Source of the DNA: Hyphomicrobium sp.
GTDB taxonomy: Bacteria > Pseudomonadota > Alphaproteobacteria > Rhizobiales > Hyphomicrobiaceae
Length of the DNA stretch: 64,000 bases
Assembly (NCBI GenBank): GCA_022843145.1
Contig: JALHOF010000020.1
Location: forward strand, 1,514 to 65,513
Reading direction: 5' to 3'
Below are positions 56,740 to 64,000 of this stretch, piece after piece (position 1 is the first letter of the stretch; the number at the start of each line of letters is the position of its first letter). The translations under genes were made by a program, and so were the position numbers. The notes below the pieces were generated by a model. The model was not told the origin of the DNA and searched no databases. It worked only from the letters and a program-made list of their open reading frames with translations.

Positions 56740-58341
56740 ATGCAATCCAATCGCGTCGTAGTTGTAGGCGCCGGTGTCGGGGGGTTGACCTCGGCACTGC
56801 TGCTCGCGGCGCGTGGTTGCGACGTCACGGTCGTCGAGCGGGCCGATCATCCGGGCGGAAAAATGCGCGAGGTGCTGGTCGGCGGATCAGCGATCGACGC
56901 CGGCCCGACGGTGTTCACCATGCGGTGGGTTTTCGACGAGATCCTCGATTCCGTCGGCCGCAATCTCGATGAGTTCGTCAAGCTCGCCCCCGTCGAGACG
57001 CTCGCCCGCCATGCGTGGACCGACCGCGGGCATCTCGACCTTTTCGCCGATACCGCGCGCTCCGCCGACGCGATCGGCAAGTTCGCGGGCGCTGCCGAGG
57101 CACGCGGCTATCTCGCATTCTGCACCGCCGCCCGTCAGACCTACGTGGCGCTCGAGCGCACCTTTCTGACCGCAACGCAGCCCTCGATGACCGGTCTCGT
57201 CGGCCGCCTCGGGTTTACCGGCTTGCGCAATTTCACCCATACCAACCCGATGGCGACGATGTGGTCGGAACTCGGCCGCTATTTCGCGGATCCGCGCCTG
57301 CGCCAGCTATTCGGGCGCTACGCCACCTATGTCGGCTCATCGCCGTTCGAAGCGCCGTCGACGTTGATGCTCATCGCGCATGTCGAGCAGAACGGCGTCT
57401 GGCTCGTCGAAGGCGGCATGCACCGCGTCGCCGTTGCGCTCGCAGGCATCGCCACGAGCTTCGGCGCAAAGTTCCGCTACGGCGCCCATGTCTCGGGCAT
57501 CGCGACCAATGCCGGCGGGGCAGCGTCCGGCGTCGTGCTCGCAACCGGCGAACGCATCGACGCCGATGCGGTCGTCTTCAACGGCGACGCGAACGCCCTG
57601 GCCCTCGGCCTTGCAGGTCAGGGAGCGTCGCGAGCGCTCGGAGCGCACGCACGGTCTGCGCGCTCACTCTCCGCCGTCACGTTCGCGATGCGCGCCCGGT
57701 CGGTCGGTTTCCCGTTGATCCGGCACTCTGTATTCTTCTCTCGCGACTACGAGCGCGAGTTCGCGGATCTGTTTTCGGCCGGTCGCATGCCGGCCGACCC
57801 CACCGTCTACATCTGCGCTCAGGATCGCGACGATCACGGTCTCGTCTCCGCGGCGCCCGGCGAGCCCGAACGGCTCTTCTGCCTGATCAACGCTCCGGCC
57901 AACGGCGGCGGCCGTTCGGGCCACCCGCAACAGAACTGGATCGAACCCGAGGAGATGGACCGATGTCGCGAACGCATGGCCAACCGCTTGGCCGCATGTG
58001 GGCTGGCACTCACGACCGATCCGAGCACGATCGTCACGACGACCCCTTCGGGATTCGAGGCGCTGTTTCCCGGGACGGGGGGGGCCATCTACGGGATGGC
58101 GTCGCACGGCTGGATGGCGTCTTTCAAAAGACCGCATTCGCGGACCAGCATGACGGGTCTCTACTTGGCGGGGGGCAGCGTGCACCCGGGGGCTGGAGTT
58201 CCGATGGCGGCGCTGTCGGGCCGGCTCGCGGCGGACAGCGTGCTGCAGGACCTGACTTCGCAAAGCCGGTCCCGCCGGGCGGCTACGCCTGGTGGTATGT
58301 CGACGGGCTCAGCGACGACGGCCAGCACGCGATCACGCTGA
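56740..58341 (+). CDS. crtD: methoxyneurosporene / hydroxyneurosporene dehydrogenase (CrtI-family desaturase)
   Basis: VVVVGAGVGGLTSALLLAARG FAD fold and C-terminal GGSVHPGAGVPMAALSG. I prefer the ATG at 56740 because the upstream in-frame ATG at 56689 lies inside the operator. Confidence 0.88.
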   Translation: MQSNRVVVVGAGVGGLTSALLLAARGCDVTVVERADHPGGKMREVLVGGSAIDAGPTVFTMRWVFDEILDSVGRNLDEFVKLAPVETLARHAWTDRGHLDLFADTARSADAIGKFAGAAEARGYLAFCTAARQTYVALERTFLTATQPSMTGLVGRLGFTGLRNFTHTNPMATMWSELGRYFADPRLRQLFGRYATYVGSSPFEAPSTLMLIAHVEQNGVWLVEGGMHRVAVALAGIATSFGAKFRYGAHVSGIATNAGGAASGVVLATGERIDADAVVFNGDANALALGLAGQGASRALGAHARSARSLSAVTFAMRARSVGFPLIRHSVFFSRDYEREFADLFSAGRMPADPTVYICAQDRDDHGLVSAAPGEPERLFCLINAPANGGGRSGHPQQNWIEPEEMDRCRERMANRLAACGLALTTDPSTIVTTTPSGFEALFPGTGGAIYGMASHGWMASFKRPHSRTSMTGLYLAGGSVHPGAGVPMAALSGRLAADSVLQDLTSQSRSRRAATPGGMSTGSATTASTRSR

Positions 58342-59171
58342 TCGCGTTCGTCGGCAGCGTCTTCTCGCCGTATTACGCCTGGTCTGGCCGCGGCGAACCG
58401 GAGGATCACTGCGCGCTCAACGTAGCCCTGTATGGCCCGCGCAGCACGCGGTGGGCCATGACCGAGCGCCGCCGCAGCTCGCTTGCACGCAGTGCATCCG
58501 CGCTGACCATCGGCCCGAGCCACATGTGGTGGAGCGGCAGCGGCCTGGAGATCCTGGTCGACGAGACGACCAGTCCGATCCCGAGCAAGATCCGCGGGCG
58601 CATCCGTCTCATCCCGACCGCCCTCACCAATGAAGCCTTCGATCTCCACCCCAATGGGCGCCACTTCTGGTGGCCAATCGCGCCGCTCGCTCGTATCGAG
58701 GTCGAACTCGACAGCCCGTCGATCAAATGGAGCGGCGCGGGCTACTTCGACACAAACTACGGCATGGAACCGCTGGAGAAAGGCTTCAGCCGCTGGGACT
58801 GGTGTCGCGCCACGCATGGTCGCGGCTCGACGCTGCTTTATGAAGTGACGCTGCCGGACGGCCGCCAAGATGCCTTGACGCTGATCGCGGATAAGACCGG
58901 CGCGGTCAGCACGCTCGAACCGACGCGCAATGTGCAACTGCCGCGCAGTCCCGTTTGGCACGTCGAACGCGGCACCCGCGCCGACGGGGCCGAGCCCGCG
59001 CGTGTCGTCAAGACACTCGAAGACACGCCGTTCTACGCGCGCTCCAAGGTCGCGACGAAGCTTGCGGGAGAGACGGTGCTGGCCATGCACGAAAGTCTCT
59101 CACTCGAACGCTTCCGCACGCGAATCGTCAAACTGATGTTGCCGTTCCGGATGCCGCGTCAGTTCTGGTGA
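58251..59171 (+). CDS. crtC: acyclic carotenoid 1,2-hydratase; 5' end undefined
   Basis: FAKPVPPGGYAWWYVDGLSDDGQHAITLIAFVGSVFSPYY is the CrtC N-terminal signature. The frame is open back to 57015, but no ATG/GTG/TTG occurs in the 92 codons upstream of the motif. The listed start is only the beginning of recognisable homology. Confidence 0.8.
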   Translation, partial: PDFAKPVPPGGYAWWYVDGLSDDGQHAITLIAFVGSVFSPYYAWSGRGEPEDHCALNVALYGPRSTRWAMTERRRSSLARSASALTIGPSHMWWSGSGLEILVDETTSPIPSKIRGRIRLIPTALTNEAFDLHPNGRHFWWPIAPLARIEVELDSPSIKWSGAGYFDTNYGMEPLEKGFSRWDWCRATHGRGSTLLYEVTLPDGRQDALTLIADKTGAVSTLEPTRNVQLPRSPVWHVERGTRADGAEPARVVKTLEDTPFYARSKVATKLAGETVLAMHESLSLERFRTRIVKLMLPFRMPRQFW

Positions 59172-60052
59172 ATGCCACCAGCACGCGCGGGCGCGGTGCT
59201 GGCGACCTCATCGATGACCTGCACCACGTCCTTCGGGCGCTCCTCGTGCGCGAGATGCCCCAACCCCGCGAGCACGCGCACGGCGGCGCCGGGAAGCAAT
59301 TCGCGCACGCGGTCGGCGTCGCGCGGCGGAATCGCCTTGTCTTTGCTCCCGACGACCAGCGTCAGCGGCGTCGCGAGACGCGGCAGCAGCCGCTCAAGCG
59401 CATCGAGATCCCAACTCGCCATCATGCTGAGCGCCGCGCCGACATGGCCGCGATCGGCCATCAGACGCCGATAGAATACCAGTCCGGCCGCATCGATGTG
59501 TGATCCCGTGCTCTCGATCAGGTCGTCGACCACACCGCCATGTGAAGCTCGCCAGGCAAAGAGCGCCGGCATCACCGGGTTGAGAAACATCAGCCGCGCC
59601 ATGGTCGGAAAGAGATGCCGCCCGACGCCATGAAAGGGCAGCAGCGCGCCGTTGATGCTGACGATGTGGCGCGGTGCGATACGCCCGTCGAGTGCCGCCC
59701 GAACAAGGATGGCGGCGCCCGCCGAGTGCCCAACAGTCACCTGCGGTTCGACATCCAGGACCCGCAGCAGATCCGCCACGGCGCCAGCCATGCCGGGCAG
59801 CGTCCAGCCATGTGCAGACCTCGGCGCGCTGGTAAAACCATGCCCCGGCAGGTCAGCCGCCATGACCAAATATCGCTGCGCGAGTAGCGGAAGCACGTCG
59901 CGCCACGAATGCGTCGACGCCGCAGTACCATGCACCAACAGCACCGCCGGTCCCGTTCCCGCCGTCTGCACGTGCCACCGCAATCCGCCTGCCTCGACGA
60001 AGCGGCTCGTAACATGATTGGGCCAATCCAACCCGTCGCGCGACCACTCCAT
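59159..60052 (-). CDS. bchO: alpha/beta-hydrolase BchO (Mg-chelatase-associated 30 kDa protein)
   Basis: LLVHGTAASTHSW..DLPGHGFT, a nucleophile elbow (VGHSAG), and position after bchD. 13-nt convergent overlap with crtC. Confidence 0.85.
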   Translation of the reverse strand: MEWSRDGLDWPNHVTSRFVEAGGLRWHVQTAGTGPAVLLVHGTAASTHSWRDVLPLLAQRYLVMAADLPGHGFTSAPRSAHGWTLPGMAGAVADLLRVLDVEPQVTVGHSAGAAILVRAALDGRIAPRHIVSINGALLPFHGVGRHLFPTMARLMFLNPVMPALFAWRASHGGVVDDLIESTGSHIDAAGLVFYRRLMADRGHVGAALSMMASWDLDALERLLPRLATPLTLVVGSKDKAIPPRDADRVRELLPGAAVRVLAGLGHLAHEERPKDVVQVIDEVASTAPARAGGIHQN

Positions 60053-60067
60053 CAGGCGCCCTCCGGA

Positions 60068-61915
60068 TCAACGACTGATGGCCGGCGCGGCCCCGCCCGT
60101 CAACGCTCGGGCGGCATCGGCGACGACACGGCTATCGCTGTACGGCAGAGGCAAATACCGCGCGCGCAATGCGCCCTTCAGTACGGCGGCGAACGGCTGT
60201 GGCCGCGGCGACGTGTCGACCAGCAGCACCGGCAGCCCGGCCCGCGCGAGCACGCGCGCCGCGTCGAGCGCATCTGTTTCCGCGCGCGCGCGCCCGCCCG
60301 CGCCATCGAGCGCGACATTGGTCCGGCAGTCTGTGAGCATCACGATCGCGGGTGACACACCGCGGCGCTGCGCGTCCCGCGCCAATTGGCCGGCTTGCAG
60401 CAGCGCATGTGCCAATGGCGTCCCGCCTCCGCCCGGCAATCCGGACAGTGCTCGTTTGGCGCGCGTCAGCGACCGTGTCGGTGGCAACTCGATCGTGCTC
60501 GCCGTGCCGCGAAACGCAATCAACGCAACGCTGTCGCGACGGACATAGCAGTCGGCCAACAGCAACTCGACCGCTCCCTTGGCCTCGCCCAGGCGGTGCA
60601 GCGCTGCCGAGCCGGACGCGTCGACCATGAAAATCGTCACCGTTTCGCTGGCTTCTTCGAAGCGGCGGATGCGGAAATCCTCGCGCCGGATCGCGATCCG
60701 CATATCCCCCCCGCGCGACCTGGCCGCAACATCCACGCCCCGCAGCCGCTGCCAAGGCGCAGCCGACCGCAGAGTCGCCAACACGTCGAGCCGCGCACCG
60801 CCGCGAGGCGCTCCAGGCCTTGCTCCGATCTGCCGGCCGCGATTCACGCTCGGCGCAGTATTCGCAGCGCGCCCGCCGCCCGCTCCTGCGCCCGCTGTCG
60901 CCGACAGCAACCCCGCCAGGAGATCGGCCGGCAAAGCCGCCCGCACCGCGTCGACGACGCTTTCGGTCAGGGCGTTTGCGTCCGCTGTCTCGTTGTCAGT
61001 CCCCGGGGGCTCCGGCGGTGTTTGTCCTTCTTCGGACTCAAACGGCTCGGGCGGTTCTTCTGGCGTGTTATCTTCCTCGGACGACGGTGCCGGCGCTGAG
61101 ATTGCGCGCGGTCCGAGAACGAGCACGGCCGCTTCCCGCACCGCGTCGCCGTCGATCTCCGCCCTGCCGTCCAACGCCGCAATAGCCCGCGCCGCCCTCA
61201 GGGCCAGCAGTACCGCGCGCGGTGACGAGATGCCGAAGGCGGCCGCCGCCTCGCACAATGCAGCGATGATCGAATCCTGCACGCCGATCGTCGTCAGCAC
61301 GGCTCGCGCAGCCGTAACCGGGCTGTCTTGCATATGATCGACCGCTATATCGGCCAATGACAGCCCGTCGAGGCAGAGGCGGAATGCCAGCCGATCGAGC
61401 AGTACGGCGGGCGGAGCCGCGTCCTCCGCATCGCCCTCGTCGATCAGCACCGCGCCGAACCGCGCCGGGAGCGAAGTCGAAACGCCATCGCGCGCAATCG
61501 CGACGACGCCGGCGTCGAGTGCGGCGGCGATCCGTGCCGCGGTGCCGCGCGGCATGGTCTCGGAATTGGAGACGACGAGCAGCCCACCATCGGCGCGCGC
61601 CATCAATCCCGGTTCAAGCACCGGCCGGCCAGCGGCGAGAGTTCCCGCCAGATCGAGCCCCCCGATCAGCCGATCATCGGGCACGCTGGAATTGGTCTTC
61701 ACGAGCGGCGCGGGTGAAGTCGCGCGACGAAGGCCATCGAGCCACTTGTCCCGCGCCGGTCCGTTGCGGGCGCGGACATGCGTTCCCCCGAGACCCGAGG
61801 GATCGATCGCGCACAAGGTCGCCGCGCGGCAGGCAAGACGCCACCGCTCGGCGCCGGTCTGGACCGTCGTGGACAACGTGACCTGTTCTGGAGCGGCTAC
61901 GGCCAACGTTCGCAC
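60068..61915 (-). CDS. bchD: magnesium chelatase D subunit
   Basis: Degenerate AAA+ N-terminal half, acidic/Pro-rich linker (EEDNTPEEPPEPFESEEGQTPPEPP) and a C-terminal vWA domain with an MIDAS motif (DASGS). Confidence 0.92.
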   Translation of the reverse strand: MRTLAVAAPEQVTLSTTVQTGAERWRLACRAATLCAIDPSGLGGTHVRARNGPARDKWLDGLRRATSPAPLVKTNSSVPDDRLIGGLDLAGTLAAGRPVLEPGLMARADGGLLVVSNSETMPRGTAARIAAALDAGVVAIARDGVSTSLPARFGAVLIDEGDAEDAAPPAVLLDRLAFRLCLDGLSLADIAVDHMQDSPVTAARAVLTTIGVQDSIIAALCEAAAAFGISSPRAVLLALRAARAIAALDGRAEIDGDAVREAAVLVLGPRAISAPAPSSEEDNTPEEPPEPFESEEGQTPPEPPGTDNETADANALTESVVDAVRAALPADLLAGLLSATAGAGAGGGRAANTAPSVNRGRQIGARPGAPRGGARLDVLATLRSAAPWQRLRGVDVAARSRGGDMRIAIRREDFRIRRFEEASETVTIFMVDASGSAALHRLGEAKGAVELLLADCYVRRDSVALIAFRGTASTIELPPTRSLTRAKRALSGLPGGGGTPLAHALLQAGQLARDAQRRGVSPAIVMLTDCRTNVALDGAGGRARAETDALDAARVLARAGLPVLLVDTSPRPQPFAAVLKGALRARYLPLPYSDSRVVADAARALTGGAAPAISR

Positions 61916-61923
61916 TCCGAAGA

Positions 61924-62967
61924 CTAAACCCCGACCGGCACATCGGCGCCGAACACCTCGCCGAGCGCCCTTGCCACGCGCGCCTCCGACCCTGCCTCGT
62001 CGAGCGGGTCGCGGCGCAATCGGTGGCTCAATGCGAGCGGTGCGATGCGGCGCAATTCAGATAAGCCCACCGACCCTGCGCCCTCGAAGGCCGCCAATGC
62101 CCGCGCCGAGCGGATCAGGGTCAGTTCACCACGCAATCCGTCCGTCCCCAGCGCGATGCAGATCTCTGCCGCCCGTTCGAGGGTCCGTTGTGGCACATTG
62201 ATCGTCCCGAGCAGCGCGCGCGCTGCCGCGATCCTGACCCGCAGCCGCTCTGTCTCGCCAGAAAAGCTCGCGACGAAGGCCGACCCATCGCGTTCGAACG
62301 CATCGCGTCGGCGGACCACTTCAACCCGGCTCGGCACGTCGCGCGGGGTGCCGACGTTGACCATCAGTCCAAAGCGATCCAAAAGCTGGGGCCGGAGTTC
62401 GCCTTCCTCGGGATTGCCGCTGCCGACCAGCACGAATCTTGCGGGATGGCGGATGCTGATCCCCTCGCGTTCAACGACATTCTCGCCCGACGCCGCCACA
62501 TCGAGCAGCAGGTCGACGAGGTGATCCTCCAACAGATTGACTTCGTCGATATACAGAAAGCCGCGATTGGCCCGCGCCAGAAGGCCCGGTTCGAACCGCT
62601 TCTCGCCACGAACCAGCGCATGTTCGAGATCGAGTGCGCCGACGACCCGATCCTCCGTCGCCCCGAGCGGCAGATCGACGACCGGTACGGAAATCATCAC
62701 CTCCGCGCGCGGCTTGCCGGTATTGCAAGGGCAGCCCGCAACGCAGCCAGCGTCCGCGTCATCGAGTGACGAATTGTACGGACACCCTTCGACGGCGGCA
62801 ATCGGCGGCAAAAGCGCGGCGAGCGCACGGACGGCGGTTGATTTGCCCGTGCCTCGGTCACCGAGCACCAGCACGCCGCCAAGACTCGGGTCGATGGCGG
62901 CAAGCAGCAGAGCAAGTTTGAGATCATCTTGGCCCACGATGGCGGTGAAGGGAAAAACGGGTCGCAT
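61924..62967 (-). CDS. bchI: magnesium chelatase I subunit (AAA+)
   Basis: FPFTAIVGQDDLKLALLLAAIDPSLGGVLVLGDRGTGKST. 347 aa. Confidence 0.95.
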   Translation of the reverse strand: MRPVFPFTAIVGQDDLKLALLLAAIDPSLGGVLVLGDRGTGKSTAVRALAALLPPIAAVEGCPYNSSLDDADAGCVAGCPCNTGKPRAEVMISVPVVDLPLGATEDRVVGALDLEHALVRGEKRFEPGLLARANRGFLYIDEVNLLEDHLVDLLLDVAASGENVVEREGISIRHPARFVLVGSGNPEEGELRPQLLDRFGLMVNVGTPRDVPSRVEVVRRRDAFERDGSAFVASFSGETERLRVRIAAARALLGTINVPQRTLERAAEICIALGTDGLRGELTLIRSARALAAFEGAGSVGLSELRRIAPLALSHRLRRDPLDEAGSEARVARALGEVFGADVPVGV

Positions 62968-63074
62968 CGGCTCCTCTGTCCATCGATCGGCTTTGTTCGC
63001 GTGTCACGGCACCTCGGCCGCCACGGGGCAGGTCGATCCAAGCGCACGCGGGACGTGCGTTCGATCGGCCGCCT

Positions 63075-63118
63075 CACAGCTTGAACGTGACACCATGGAA
63101 TGTCTATCTCCATTGACG
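63075..63118. promoter_or_regulatory. possible tandem PpsR-type sites 8 bp apart in the bchI/crtB divergent region: CACAGCTTGAACGTGACA and TGTCTATCTCCATTGACG
   Basis: Each site has one good half only. The second ends in a TTGACG -35-like hexamer oriented toward crtB. Confidence 0.35.
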
Positions 63119-63303
63119 ACGCCGCGCCCACTTCTCGCCCATGAGCTTTTCGGCGGACACGGATTCACCATCCGCAACGGGCCCTCGCCCCCGCGCAGGG
63201 TTGACCGTGACCGCCCGGGTTCCGATAGTGCCTCTCACGACCCGAGCACCCGATCCGGCCCGCCAGCCGATGACGGCCCCGCCGCCGATCGACGGACAAT
63301 GTC

Positions 63304-64000
63304 ATGAAGACCGAGGACGAAATCGTCGCGCTGAGCCGCCAGCTGATCGAGCGCGGCTCGATCAGTTTTTCCGGCGCGGCGCGGCTCTTCGACCCCGCAA
63401 CGCGCGACAGCGCCTACATGCTCTACGCTTGGTGCCGGCATTGCGACGACGTGATCGACGACCAGGAACTCGGGTTCGCCCGCGGTGGACCGGAACCGAC
63501 GCAGGCCGAGCGCGACGCCAATCTCGACAAGCTCGAACGCCAGACTCGCGAAGCGCTGGAGGGCAAGGCTGAAGAACCTGTGTTCGTCGCGCTCCAGCGG
63601 GTCGTTCACCGGCACGACATTCCTCATCTGCATCCGCTGGAACTGATCGACGGCTTCCGCATGGACGTCGACGGCCAGCAGCCGGCGACGCTCGATGACA
63701 CGCTCAAGTATTGCTATCACGTCGCCGGCGTCGTCGGGGTCATGATGGCCATGATCATGGGCGCACGCGGCTCGGATGCACTCAATCGCGCGGCCGATCT
63801 CGGCATCGCTTTTCAGTTGACCAACATTGCCCGTGATGTCGTCGCGGACGCCACCGTCGGCCGCGTCTACCTGCCGCGCGACTGGCTGGCCGGTGCAGGC
63901 CTCGAAGGCGCAGATCTCGCTGATCCCCGCCACCGGGACGCGATGACCAGCGTCGTCGTGCGGCTCCTCGATGTCGCCGACACCTACTACGCGTCCGCAG
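63304..64000 (+). CDS. crtB: phytoene synthase (5' part, runs off the window end)
   Basis: I translated this by hand from the ATG at 63304: MKTEDEIVALSRQLIERGSISFSGAARLFD..AYMLYAWCRHCDDVIDD..YCYHVAGVVGVMMA..AFQLTNIARDV. It is not in the ORF track because no stop codon falls within the window. Confidence 0.88.
   Translation, partial: MKTEDEIVALSRQLIERGSISFSGAARLFDPATRDSAYMLYAWCRHCDDVIDDQELGFARGGPEPTQAERDANLDKLERQTREALEGKAEEPVFVALQRVVHRHDIPHLHPLELIDGFRMDVDGQQPATLDDTLKYCYHVAGVVGVMMAMIMGARGSDALNRAADLGIAFQLTNIARDVVADATVGRVYLPRDWLAGAGLEGADLADPRHRDAMTSVVVRLLDVADTYYASA

Noticed and set aside
57015-58250. Upstream 412 codons of the crtC-frame ORF (listed as a 718-aa ORF)
   Set aside because: This part overlaps crtD in another frame and translates to Arg/Pro/Gly-rich sequence with no CrtC similarity. 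Only the part from about 58251 onward is CrtC-like.
63088-63105. TGACACCATGGAATGTCT read as a PpsR palindrome
   Set aside because: The half-sites are in the inverted order (ACA...TGT) with 8-nt rather than 12-nt spacing. It is better explained as the junction between the two weak sites reported at 63075..63118.

Overview
High-GC alphaproteobacterial chromosome segment. From about 17.4 kb to the window end it is a nearly complete photosynthesis gene cluster (PGC) of a purple or aerobic anoxygenic phototroph. Gene order: crtY, a 7-TM orf, dxs, orf98, bchP/pucC-like/bchG (minus strand), ppsR/aerR (minus), bchF-N-B-H-L-M, lhaA, puhA-B-C, a bciE-like orf, acsF, puhE, hemA (plus), orf140, pufC-M-L-A-B, a pufQ-like orf, bchZ-Y-X-C, crtF-E (minus), crtD-C (plus), bchO-D-I (minus), and crtB (plus, cut by the window end). 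Positions 1.9-17.3 kb carry ordinary housekeeping genes: SNase-like nuclease, CarD-family regulator, fdxA, S4-domain protein, large helicase, rpmB, nth, Ada/Ogt fusion, LysE, gloA-like, leuD, two small metalloproteins and a methyltransferase. The first 1.9 kb is locally AT-richer and I cannot annotate it with confidence. I found no rRNA, tRNA, CRISPR array or recognisable IS element. I see no wholly new multi-gene system. The points most worth a second look are: (1) crtC has no canonical start codon and is nested in the 3' end of crtD; (2) a family of PpsR/CrtJ-type TGT-N12-ACA palindromes overlapping TTGAC(A/G) -35-like hexamers also sits in front of dxs and of an uncharacterised 7-TM protein next to crtY; (3) small unannotated ORFs are embedded in the cluster (pufQ-like, bciE-like, orf98, orf140); (4) the pufB-pufA spacer is unusually long and structured; (5) the CarD homologue has a roughly 185-aa lysine/alanine/proline-rich N-terminal extension. 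All family assignments come from motif recognition by eye, not from database searches.
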